NCBI GenBank assembly: GCA_052327205.1
Contig: CM126209.1
Span: 229,400,001 to 229,464,000, forward strand
Source: Somniosus microcephalus
Taxonomy: Eukaryota
Length of the DNA: 64,000 bases
Direction: 5' to 3'
Of the stretch, positions 1 through 11,737 are shown one piece after another. The position numbers were made by a program, and so were the translations under genes. Numbering within the stretch: the first letter of the stretch is position 1; each line of letters opens with the position of its first letter. The notes beneath the pieces are model-generated. The model ran no database searches. It was not told where the DNA came from and was given only the letters and a program-made list of their open reading frames with translations.

Positions 1-474
1 TTCACTTGTTAGCATAGGCCAGATTTAAACTCAGATCTAAAAGATGAAAAGCCATCGTCTTCCATTTAAGTTTGTTCCCAGAGACGGGCAACACCTAACC
101 CACTGCACCAGCTAAGTCCCTGCTCCTTGTACTTGTTGAAGCAAACACTGGGTACAGGTAAATAGAAGCTGTGGTTAAAAACACTCCAGCTGTCAAGGCC
201 CCTTGGAAATAGCATTCTTAATCAGAAGCAAAGTAATTCACACGTCAAAATAATGCACTAGAAAGGGTGTTTGGCGGCTGCAAAGCTTGTTTTCAGTGAA
301 TATTCACAATTTTCTGTCAGCATGAAGCTATTACTACTGATATCTCATCTTCTACTGTAAGGAGTGCTTTGGAGGTATTATCAAAATTTCAAATGTCACT
401 GTGCAAGAATAAACACCCTTATTTACATTATGTACTGACTGAAAAGAACATTTTACTACTGATTTTTAAAAAAT

Positions 475-770
475 TCATTCATGGGATGTGGGTGTCGCCG
501 GCAAGGCCAGCATTTATTGCTCATCCCTAATTGCCCTTGAGAAGGTGGTGGTGAGCCGCCACCTTGAACCGCTGCAGTCCGTGTGATGAAGGTGCTCCCA
601 CAGTGCTATTAGGGAGTGAGTGCCAGGATTTTGATCCAGCGACGATGAAGGATCAGCGATATACTTCCAAGTCAGAGTGGTGTGTGACTTGGAGGGGAAC
701 CTGGAGGTGGTGGTGTTCCCATGTGCCTGCTGTCCTTGTCCTTCTAGATAGTAGGCATCGCGGGTTTGGG
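475..770 (-). mobile_element. 3' end fragment of a non-LTR retrotransposon (LINE)
   Basis: Degenerate C-terminal peptide (PSKSHTTLTWKYIA...) followed by a 3' tail ending cccatgaatgaat on the minus strand; family not firmly assigned. Confidence 0.6.
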
Positions 771-1209
771 ATGAATTTTTTAGAAGCACCAATATGGTGG
801 GGGAAAAAATTGTCCATCATTGTTAAAGAATATATATAGGACTCCTATTATGCATTAAAAGGAGGAATGGTGTCGGCGTGAAGAATACAGGGTAACGCAT
901 CAAATGCTGTGTTTTATTGATAGTTGCCTTGTACAACACTATTTTTTGCATCCTTAATTTTTATGTACTAGTGGATCTAGTACCAAGGCGGTTAAATGGA
1001 GTTAAGATACAGATCAGAATGGCAGATCAGGCTCGAGGGGCTGCATAACTTACTCCTATTCCCATGTTCCTATCTCCTTTGTCATTGCTCACAGTAAGGC
1101 AAATGGTATGACAATTTATAAAAACAAACGCATTACACCATGCAACGTGTAAAATATTATTCTTCCATTGACGTAAAGGTATCAGTTATGTCAACTTTAA
1201 TAGTATTAA

Positions 1210-3408
1210 GGTGGAGAAATTCATTATAGCCCAGGAATGGGCGGTAACTTTTGAAAAGTTTGAAACATAGAAGATAGGAGCAGGAGTAAGCCATTCGGCC
1301 CCTCGAGCCTGCTCCGCCATTCAATGAGATCATGGCTGATCATCCAAATTCAGTACCCTGTCCCTGCCTTCTCCCCATATCCCTTGATCCTTTTAGCCTT
1401 AAGAAATATATCCAACTCCTTCTTGAATATATTTAATGAACTGGCCTCCACTGCCCTCTGTGGCAGAGAATTCCACAGGTTCACCACTCTCTGGGTGAAG
1501 AAATTCCTCCTCATCTCAGTCCTAAATGGCTTACCCCTTATCCTTAGACTATGACCCCTGGTTCTGGACTCCCCGGCCATCGGGAACATCCTTCCTGCAT
1601 CTAGTCTGTCCAGGCCTGACAGAATTTTATAGGTTTCAATGAGATCCCCTCTCAATCTTCTAAACTCCAGTGAGTATAAGCCCAATCGACACAATCTCTC
1701 CTCATACATCATTCCTGCCATCCCAGGTATCAGCCTGGTGAATCTTCGCTGAACTCCTTCCATGGCAAGAACATCCTTCCTCAGATAAGGTGACCAAAAC
1801 TGCACACAATACTCAAGATGCGGTCTCACCAAGGCCCTGTACAACTGCAGCAAGACATCCTTGTTCCTGTACTCGAACCCTCTTGCTACGAAGGCCAACA
1901 TACCATTTGCCTTCTTAACCGCCTGTTGCACCTGCATGCTTACCTTCAGCGACTGGTACACAAGAACACACAGGTCTCTTTGCACTTCCCCTTCTCCCAA
2001 TCTATTGCCATTCAAATAATAATCTGCCTTCCTGTTTTTGCCACCAAAGTGGATAACCTCACATTGATCCACATTATAGTGCATTTGCCATGTTTCTGCC
2101 CAATCACCCAACCTGTCCAAATCGTACTGGAGTTTCACGACATCCTCCTCACAGCATACCCTCCCACCTAGCTTTGTGTCGTCTGCAAATTTGGAGATAC
2201 TACATCCAATTCCCTCGTCCAGATCATTAATATATATTGTGAACAGCTGGGGTCCTAGGGCCGATCCTTGCAGTACCCCACTAGTCACTGCCTGCCACTC
2301 GGAAAACGACCCGTTTATTCCAACTCTTTGCTTTCTATCTGCCAACCAGTTCTCTATCCAAGTCAATACCTTGCCCCCAATCCCATGTACCTTAATTTTG
2401 CACGCTAATCTCTTATGCGGGACCTTATTGAAAGCCTTCTGAAAGTCCAAATACACCACATCCACTGGTTCTCCCTTATCTATTTTACCAGTTACATTGA
2501 GAATTAGCGCCAGCCGCTAATGCTTCAGACTGCATGCAAAATTAAGTCTCATTGCACAAAGAAAGGAATTGGAGTGCTAAATCAAACACTAATGGCCTAG
2601 CTCAGTGGCATTTAACTCAAAGCGCTGACCAATATCAGGTGCAGTCTAATCACAAGTCATCATTGCCACAGGCTCTTTCCAGTTCTTAAAGGGAAGGTTC
2701 ATTGATGCTGCAGAATCTCATTCCCATCATTGCTGGCTGTGCAGCCATCTCAGCCAGCAGCAGCAGGTCAAGGAGAAGGAGCCGGACAACTCAAGCAGCC
2801 CTCATGGCCCTTCTCCTCCCTCTGGCCACGTGTTCCATCTTTCTCGCTGCCTCCACTCCCTCCACCGTAGATCCTGGAGGGTGAGGTCGACTGCCAGTTC
2901 AGCTCCCATTAATTTAACCAAGTGTAGCAATTTGATATGTTGTGAGAATAAATGTAACTAATTTTTAGTAGCCACAACACTCCTGATGCTAAACAACCTT
3001 TAAATAACTGAATTAAACTGTTGCACAATGACAAGGAAGCAGTGAAAGAGCTAACCTGACAGCTGCGACTCATTATTCATGATCCCTTTAAGTAGCGTCC
3101 CTGGAGCCGGCATCCACCTGCTTGACGCCTCCTCTCCCTGTCGCTGTTGGGGCGAGGTTCTAGGCAAAGGGCGATAATAAATTTGCAGATCGGGCGCCCA
3201 TGTGAGCATTGCACGCTCACTGACGTCACGATCTGCCTGGCGCTGAGGTCCCCAATGGTAACTCAAAGTGGCGGTGTTATGGGGAGGGGGGCGTCCGGAT
3301 TTGGCGTGCATCGCTGGATTTGCCTCGCCCCGGCGCGACTGCATCAGCACCCCGTTAGTGCCCCTGCCAAGCGCTAACTGGAGGTGTTAACCAACTGAAT
3401 TTTTCCCC
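1210..3408. mobile_element. Non-autonomous Harbinger-like element split by a CR1 insertion
   Basis: Left end ggtggagaaattca (about 1210) and right end caactgaatttttcccc (about 3392-3408) resemble the TIRs of the MITEs at 30667 and 34777; internal gcgctaa motifs are shared. Confidence 0.55.
1263..2496 (-). mobile_element. 5'-truncated CR1 LINE (RT domain plus 3' UTR)
   Basis: 371-aa ORF with LDFQKAF, QGSALGP, FADD, RPHLEYCVQFWSP and a CR1-type tail ending in ctatgttt. Confidence 0.93.
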
Positions 3409-4194
3409 GTGTGTTACACATGTATGGTCTATTCATCATAAATAGCATATCATGAGGTCAATTAGAGGCTAATTACCACGAGTTATATCTTGAAGTTAAT
3501 TAGAGGAAATTATGGTCTGAGAATTTTCAATTTTGTCACCTGCATTTGCTCTTCTAACATTATGCTTCCCTCATGAGAGGAAATTTGATGAGACTGGTTT
3601 AATTTTTCCTGGGAGTTTCTTTGTGAATTTTTAGCCAGTTGTAAATATGCAGCTCTTTCATAAGGCCAAAAGAAACCAGCAGGAAATAACTGGCTTTCTT
3701 CCTGTTTATTAATACTTTTCTTCAAATATGACACGGAACTTTGCATAAGTGACAATATGTAACATTTAAAGTATGCCGGCTGTTTGCTAGATGCAAGACC
3801 TTTATGTATTTACTGTACATAGTGCTGTCCTGTGGCATTGCTCACAGTGAGTTGGAGGATTTCCAAAAAAAAAGTGTTAGATCTGCCACTGATCTCTGGA
3901 GGAAGGTACAATAATTTTGAAAAACAAAATGATAATTTTCAAAAGCTTTATTGAGGTTAAAAGATATATTGAGTGATTTAAAAAAAAAAGGGTCGCTATA
4001 AGTGTTTGTGTGTACATGTGCGAGAGAGAGAAATTAAAGTCTTGTGATTACACACATGTTGTAGGTTCTACTTTGTATTCTATAGAATTTAGAAAGCAGA
4101 TTAATTTGGGGAGGAGGAGGAAGAGGAGAGAGAAGAAACACAGACTGAGGTCAGAGCGAGATGGAAGAATGAAAGAGAAATGGTAGATATATAC

Positions 4195-4880
4195 ATAGGA
4201 TATACAACACAGAAACAAGCCATTCAGCCCAACCAGTCCATGCCTGCGTTTATGCGCCACTCGAGCCTCCTCCTCATCTAAATCTATCAGCATAACCCTC
4301 TATTCCCTTCTCCCTCATATGCTTGTCCAGCCTTCCCTTAAATGGATCTCTACTATTCGCTTCAACCACTCCCTGTGGTAGCGAGTTCCATATTCTCACC
4401 ACTCTTTGGGTAAAGAAGCTTCTTCTGAATTCCCTATTGGATTTCTTGGTGACTATCTTATATTGATGGCCTCTAGTTATGCTCTTCCCCACAAGTGGAA
4501 ACATTCTCTCTGTATCCACTCTATCAAAACCTTTCATAATTTTAAAGACCTCTATTAGGTCACCCCTCAGCCTTCTTTTTTCCAAGAGAAAAGAGATCCA
4601 GCCTGTTCATCCTTTCCTGATATGTATACCCTCGCATTTCTGGTATCACCCTTGTAAATCTTCTCTGCACCCTCTCCAGTGCCTCCATATCCTTTTTATA
4701 ATATGGCGACCAGAATTGCACACTGTCTCCAAGTGCGGCCTAACCAGGGTTCGATACAAGTTTAGCATAACTTCACTACTTTTCAATTCTATCCCTCTAG
4801 AAATAAACCCTAGTGCTTGGTTTGCTTTTTTTAATGGCCTTACTAACCTGCGTCGTAACTTTTAGTGATTTGTGTATTTA
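4195..4880 (-). mobile_element. CR1 LINE 3' fragment (second subfamily)
   Basis: RRLRGDLIEVFKIMKG...FFTQRVVRIWNSLP motif plus 3' UTR. Confidence 0.88.
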
Positions 4881-5354
4881 TAGAGATAGAGATAGAAGAT
4901 GGAGATGGAGAGAGAATGTGTCTTTCTTCATTTAATGTAACTTAAATTTTCAAATAAAAACCCACCAGTTAAATTTTGATGCCAATTAATTATCTGTGTT
5001 TTGCTAACGGCCAGAAAAGGTCAATGATAATTGCACACACATGTGAGACAGGGATTTTAATTACTAACACCAATGAGATAGGAAAGGCAGAAAGACAGAG
5101 GGGTCAATTTTAACTCAGGTGCGGGGAATTGTCGGGTTCCCCGAATTTAGTGTTTCCCACACGAATCTAAATGGGTCTGTGAGATTGATGCAATTTTAAC
5201 TCAATTGGCCAATTGATTTCCAACGTGTGGGAACCCTTGGCAATTGAGTATTTCCAGTCAGAAAGTCGCAGAATATGACGTCATCATTGCTGCTGCTTTT
5301 AAGGTCCACAGCAAGCCTTGCATCTTCTGCAGGCTTCCAAACTTTACCATCAAG

Positions 5355-7384
5355 ATGGCATGGGAGCCTGCAGGAGCAATGGCAAGTGGGAGGGCAAGAG
5401 CTGCCCCAAAATTTGATGAGGCTTCACTCCAGGCATTGCTGGATGGTGCTAGGGCCCACAGGGAGGTCCTGTTCCCTTCTTCAGGGAGGAAGAGGCCTCC
5501 CAGTCAGACCAAGGCTGTGTGGCTACAGGTGGCTGGGGAAGTCAACTCCTTGGGGCTCACACGGCGCACCTGGATGCAGTGCAGGAAAATATTCCATGAC
5601 CTTCATTGCACTGGAAAAGTAAGTATGAAGTTTCCATCAACCTCAATCTGATCCCCATTGCCTTTCCTCACCAGCACACAGCTTTAGCAATCTCTTCCTC
5701 CACATCCCACTTGACACTCACATCTATGCACCTTAGCCATTCCCTCTCTCTCTATGCTCACATTCACCTAACTATTCGACCATGCAGCCCTCACACTCTG
5801 ATGCTTTGAACACAACTGACAACACACAGGGAGGGCCCTTGGTCTTGCAACCTCACTCCATCTTTATCTCCTTCTAAGTATCTATGCTATACAATCTCTG
5901 CACTCACTCCTTCATTCTCACTCAACCTCCACCTGTCTCCCTCATTGCAGGAGAAGAGAGCTCACAACAGGAGAGAGCGAGCCAGGACAGGAGGAGGGCC
6001 ACCCTCATTAGCCCAGCTCACCCCCTGGGAGGAAGCCGTCCTGGAGATTGTCGGGGCTGACAGAGATGCGGAAGGACAGACAGGTGCAGCCCCGCAAGCT
6101 GGTGGCAGAATAGTTTTCCATCTCTCTCATTGGCATTGCATGAGTCGCTGATAATGATTCTGAAGCTACATCATATGGACTTATGATCATCTGCAAAATG
6201 CAATATGCATGTAACCTTGGCATCACATCTCTAACTTTTTCCTTGACTCCCCACAGGACCATCGAGAGCCCCCATCCCCAGTGTGCAGGAGGAAGAGCCT
6301 GAGCAGCCAGACTCCTCAGAGGAATCTGCAACCTGAGGTCGCAGCGTCAGCAGAAATAAGCGCACCCAGCACCAGCGCAGACACTCACACCTCGGTGGGA
6401 CCTGCGGGACATAGAGTAGAGTTGTCACCTGGTGTATCACAGCTCACAAGTGAGCATCAGCAGATTGTGGAGATAGGGACAGCAGTGGAGAGTCCTCGTC
6501 GGAGGGTGCAGGACTCTGCCAGCTCGGCTCAGCTGCATGTCGACCCTCTGCCTCTGGATCCATCCGTAAGATCAGAGGTGATGGAACTCCATGCACAGAT
6601 ACAGGAGTCTCTGGCAGGTTTTGTCTCCAGTGTCGCTGCGAGTGTGGAGCGAATGGAGGAGTCCATAGCGAACATGAGCAGAGCCTTTGTGGAGTCAGTG
6701 GCGCATGAACGCATCAACACGGAAAGGATGGCTACCTACGTGGAAATGATTGCTGCCTCCATTGTAAGGCTGGCTACCGTAGAGGAGAGGATGGCTACGG
6801 TAGAGGAGAGGAGGGCTACAATAGAGGAGAGGAGGGCTACGGCCATGGAGGAGGTTACTCGCCAGGGTATGGAAAACATGGTGAGTGTTCAGAATAGAAT
6901 GACATCTCTTGAGGAGCGATGGGCATCTATTGAACAGAGAAACCAGACCTTCATGGAAGTCCTTCTGAGTAGGACTGCCATTGCAGATACGGGTCCCCAT
7001 GGCCCCCCTGATGTGCAGCAAGGTGCTCTCAAGCCACTTGCAGGCACTGAGGGGGACCTGACCCATGAGAGGGAGGTTGGTGGCAGACCTCAAGGAAGTG
7101 GAGGCTCCTCTCCAAGCGCTCATACTTCCATGCTACTGCAGAGCCCTCGGTCAGAACCCCGCTGGAGTCCACACCCAACTGAGATAGACATCTCAACTCC
7201 TGCACAGCCGCAGGAGCAGCAGACTGCTGACGAGCCCTCACAGGCTCGCCACCCCAGAGGACGCCCGCCAAAGGTGTCGAGACAGGAGCAGCAGGAAAGT
7301 GAGCAAGGGGCCTCCACATCTGCTGAAGCCACAGGGGAACCACTACGTAGGAGCACGCGTAAGAGGAAAATAAAGCACAAATAG
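5355..7384 (+). pseudogene. Harbinger Myb/SANT-like DNA-binding protein, 3 predicted exons (5355-5618, 5951-6101, 6257-7384)
   Basis: RAAPKFDEASLQALL...W.QVA.EVN...RRTW.QCRKIFHDL trihelix motif; aaa|gtaagt and ttgcag|GAG splice sites; EKRAHNRRERARTGGG motif; coiled-coil region and C-terminal basic NLS-like RKRKIK; apparent frameshift near 6330. Confidence 0.8.
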
Positions 7385-7640
7385 TCACAAGGGTAGTCAC
7401 TTGGGTGAAGTGTTGTGTATTTTGTAAAAATGCCATCAGTTGTTTGTTTTGCATAAAAATTCTGATGGCAACTGCTGCAGTTCTGGCGTATATCATTCCG
7501 CGAATGGGGCTTTCACATTGAGAGCTTAGGATTACTTGCATTTGTCAGGATGCTGGTCAAATAGCTCGGAATCCGTAGGGTTTGACCATTGTCGATGCTC
7601 AGGTAAGAAGCTGCGAGGCAAAATAGTTTGATTTACTAGG

Positions 7641-9091
7641 CTAAGCAAATCTGGCCAGGATGAGTGTGTTCCTTGCAACCCGGGCAGCAATGTTCTTGCA
7701 TAATGCTGCCGCTGGTTGATGGGCCTCTGCAGGATGCTCGTTTTCGCCCTGCTCCTCCTCATCATCATCATCTGAGGAAGGTATGTGAGGAGCCACTTGG
7801 TCCTTCAGGAATCTGCAAGCCATGACGCTGTGCCATGTTGTGGAGTGCACAGCAAACCACGACGATTCTGGAGACCCTGGCTGCTGAGTACTGTAGGGCT
7901 CCACCTGATCTATCCAGGCATCTGAAGTGCATCTTCAGCAAGCCGATGGTTTGCTCGATTATAGATCTGGTGGAAATTTGGCTGGAGTTGTAGCACTCCT
8001 CAGCTTCGTTGGCTGGCCTCCTCAACGGCGTCATTAGCCAAGTCCTCAGGGGATAGCCCTTGTCTCCAAGTAGCCATCCGTGAAGTGGCCTGAATAGCGG
8101 AGGCACACCAGACTGGCGCAGTATGAAGGAGTCATGGCAACTGCCAGGGTACTTGGCACAAACATGCAAAATCTTCTTCTTGTGGTCACACACCAGCTGA
8201 ACGTTAAGGGAGTGGAAGCCCTTGCGATTGACAAAAATACCTGGATTGCGATGGGGTACCCTAAGGGCCACATGTGTGTAGTCAATGATGCTCTGCACCC
8301 TTGGAAAGTCTGCCAGATGAGCTAATCCAACCGCTCGCGCCGTCACATTTGCGCGATCCCTGGTGAAATGGATGTGATTGTGCGCGAGGGCAAAGAGGGC
8401 ATCAGTTACCTGCATGATGCAAGTGTGTGCGGCTGCCTGGGAGATGTCGCTGATGTCTGCTGATGATCCCTGGAATGAGCCTGAGGCAAAAAAGTTGAGT
8501 GCGGTGGTGACTTTGATGGCCACTGGCAAGGAGTGTCCACCTGGTCCTCTGGGCAGCAGGTCTTGCTGTATTAACAACAGAAAATGCTGGAAAAACTCAG
8601 CAGGCCAGGCAACATCCGTGGAGAGAAATTAGAGTCGGCGTTTTGGGTGAACCCTTTTTCAAAACTGGAAAGGAAATGAAATAGATCGCAAGGCAGGGCT
8701 GTGAGAACAAAAGAAGTAGAGACATTAAGAGGTATTCAAAACTAGACGAGATGGTAATAGGACAAGTGGAGACAAAAGACGGCTCAGATTAGGTGTGAAG
8801 TGTACTGGCAGAAAGAGAGACAGCTGCCAGTCACTACCTGTTGCGAAAGTCGGAGCCGCCTTTGGCACTGCTGCTCAGTCATGTTGAGGTAGCTGACCCT
8901 GTGTCTGTAGACCCTGTTTGGGGGGTATCTCCTGCGCCGACGGGCTTCCATGCACTGGCCCCTTCTGCCTCAGGTGGGTGAGCAGCAGCCTGTCACTCCT
9001 GCTGCTGTTGCTGGTGCTGCTGTTGTTCCTGGTTCTGCTGGTGCTGGAGGTCCTCTAATGCCAAGAAGGGAAGGAAAAAAAGGCCTCCCAT
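7641..9091 (-). pseudogene. Harbinger (HARBI1-like) DDE transposase, disrupted
   Basis: [38 protein letters not shown] and IEQTIGLLK motifs; in-frame stop at 8993-8995, Penelope-tail insertion at about 8571-8825, frameshift near 7800. Confidence 0.88.
8571..8825 (-). mobile_element. Penelope-like element 3' tail inserted in the Harbinger transposase
   Basis: aacagaaaatgctggaaaaactcagcaggccaggcaacatc is homologous to the tail at 28602-28700. Confidence 0.7.
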
Positions 9092-9297
9092 GCTTCTGGT
9101 AGATGCCTCAGTTGAGGAAGCGCTGAGTGAAGGTGGAGAGCGGGGTTTCCCAGGAGGAAGTGTGTGAGGCTCCAACCTTCCACAGGTGTGGTTAAGCCTG
9201 GTAAAAGTTGCCCCAGGCCTGAGACAACAAAGTCCTGCCACCTGCAACTAATGACTGATCAAATCTCCTCTTTAATGGTTGACCTGCAGCTGATAGT

Positions 9298-9501
9298 TGT
9301 AGTGTCCGTGTGTAGATAAAGACACTGAAGACAGGAGTTGGTTCATCGGTATTTACTAAGCAAGTCTGGGGGGGGGGTTTCTAAAGGATATACACAATAC
9401 ACAGGCTTATATAGCCCAAGTGGCAATTACCGGCATTACGCACACCTGGGGCTCTTAAAGGCACATACACCATAATTGCTCTTAAAGGCACATACACCAC
9501 A
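9298..9501 (-). mobile_element. Solo LTR (204 bp) inside the Harbinger element
   Basis: TG...CA termini, 5-bp TSD ATAGT (9293-9297, 9502-9506), TATATAA and AGTAAA on the minus strand; 5' end resembles the LTR at 36737. Confidence 0.85.
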
Positions 9502-9879
9502 ATAGTGAGCAAGCCAATAGTGCTCATGCCAGGTTTCACAGGCATTATCCCCACCAGTCGTGTTTTACATGGGAAAAGGGTTAAACAGGCAAGGGCCTGT
9601 TAAAATGGGATTATAAACGCCAATTAGTGCTGTTTAAGGGCCCTAAAGATCAGTCCCGCCTGTTGCAGGCGGGACTGATTCGGGACCATTAGACACGCCT
9701 GGGTTAAAATGGCTAGGTGTCGGGAACCAGGCGGAAGGGGGGGTCCCGGCCCCCGGGTTTTGCGATTTTAACCCCCCACACGCCTCAAAGCCTGAGTTAA
9801 AATTAAGCCCAGAGATTCTTTCCTCATTCTAATTCAATTTTATTAAAGCAAGGAAACAAAGCCGCCTTGAAGGAAACCC

Positions 9880-10050
9880 CTTGGGGGAGTGGTAGTTGGG
9901 GGGAAGTGAGCGGTAGTTTGGGGGGAAGTGAGCGGTAATTGTGAGGGAGTGAGCGGTAGTTTGGGGTGAAGTGAGCGGTAGTTGGGGGAGTGAGCGGTAG
10001 TTGGGAGAGTGAGCGGTAGCTGGGAGGGAGTGAGCGGTAGTTGGGGGAGA
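9880..10050. repeat. G-rich minisatellite, about 20-bp unit (gagtgagcggtagttgggg), about 8 copies
   Basis: Direct inspection. Confidence 0.85.
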
Positions 10051-11144
10051 GGAGTAGATGTAGGCTAATGGTCAGATGAGTGACAATGGAGCAAGGAGGA
10101 GGGGAGTGGGTATTTCAAAGGGGAAGCCACAGTGGTAGTGATGGGAGTGAAGGGGTGGTAGGAAAGGGGAATGGGTAATGCGACAAGGAAGTGGGATAAA
10201 GTACGAGTGACCAGAGAAGGAGATGGGAAGGGAAATTCTGAGGATCATTTTCTTCGCAAGCCTCACTCCAAATGCAATTACTGTAATAGCCATTGGAGAT
10301 TCTTGCCCCTGTCACGTCATGCCATACTACCCACCCATGAAACTCCAATTACACTTGAACATCTTTGGGGGTTGTTGAAAAGTTATTTTTTTTAAATGCC
10401 TATCTTAAAATCTTTGGCCTGCTCCCGGGACCCTTCAATTGGCATGGGTTCAGAGGCAGGTCACAGAGCCATGTTTTTTGGGTACTCCTGCGCATGGGTG
10501 TTCCAGAAAATGAACTCGGAGGTCAAGAATTCCCCACCTCATCTGCATTTCTACTTTTCCCCCACCTGTCCAGAAAAGCCCCGAGAATCCAGGGCAATGT
10601 AAACGGACTGATGGCCCAGAGACAATGGCCTCTGCACCCTTTCCTGACCTGTGGAAATGAACGTTTCTCTCGGGTAAGGGTTCGGAAAACTGGCCCTACT
10701 GAAGCCAAGGCTTGGCTGAGTTGAACCGTATGGATGCAGACAAATTTCTTTTAAACATTATTGCTTTCCCATCATTCCCAAACTACTGCCTTGCTGATGT
10801 ATTCCTGACAGCTGGGCAATGTGCGAGAACATACAAGTCAACTAACCTTTCCTCCATCTGTAACAGCCTAGCTGAGATCACGTAGAAAATTAGCATGTAC
10901 AGGTTTGCACTGAGAATTGTGGTGGAATAAAGGTCTTGATAAATGGTGAAAAAGGGAGAGGAAGAAACAAAACAATGGTGAATACAAATGACCTGATGGA
11001 ACCTTAATCTCGAAGAAAGCCTTATCATTGAATCTCAGCATGCCAGTTTTGAATCTCAGCATGTGAGTTTAAGTTGGTAACTCTGCCGATGATTCTTTCT
11101 GATACAATTAGCTGGCAGAAACTGATATTGCCAAAAATATACAA

Positions 11145-11737
11145 GGAGGGAAAATTTCGGTATCGTCCATTTTGGGGCGCTAACATCGCCTGGCCGCTAA
11201 CTTTCACGCTGGCGACCGCAAAATTGAGTTTTAGCGCCGCAAGAGGGAAGTGGAGCGCTAAATCAAGTGCTAGACACTTCTCTTAGGGCGCTAACATCGG
11301 AGAGCGGGGCGCTACCTTCAGAGTGCTAATCAGGTTCCGGCACTGTCAATTAGAAAGTCGTCAGACAGACTGGCGCCTTCCAGTTCTTTAAGGGGAGGTT
11401 TAATCATGCAGCACAGCCTCTCTCTGATTGTTGCTGCTTGCCCTCCCTATGAACCGGTAAGTGATCCCTTTAAAAAGCGGCCTGGGAGCGGCAATCCCAG
11501 GTATCAACGCCTGCTATTTCGGTCATTCTCAGCGCCAGGCGGTAAGTCAGGGGAAGCGACTGAATTTCGCATCCGGGGCATCGCACACTCATTGACGTCA
11601 TGGTCCGAGCGGCGCTAGAGGGCCAGGCGCTAAGTGTTAATGTCAGCGCTAAATGCTGACTGAATTTCACGGGCGGTGTTGGAATTGCCCCGCCCGGGTG
11701 CTAACAGGAGGCACTAAGGTACTGAATTTCTAGCCCC
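11145..11737. mobile_element. Harbinger-type MITE
   Basis: Ends ggagggaaaatttcggtatcg...actgaatttctagcccc; interior (ttggggcgctaa, ccagttcttaaagggg) is homologous to the MITEs at 30667 and 34777. Confidence 0.7.

Larger units (their letters stand above)
5100..9810. mobile_element. Full-length PIF/Harbinger DNA transposon (decayed autonomous copy)
   Basis: 20-bp TIRs ggggtcaattttaactcagg / cctgagttaaaattaagccc (2 mismatches); 3-bp TSD AGA (5097-5099, 9811-9813); convergent Myb/SANT-like and DDE transposase genes. Confidence 0.9.

Noticed and set aside
7768-8577. Domesticated host gene HARBI1
   Set aside because: Lies between TIRs with a Myb partner and carries a stop, an insertion and a frameshift, so it is a transposon copy
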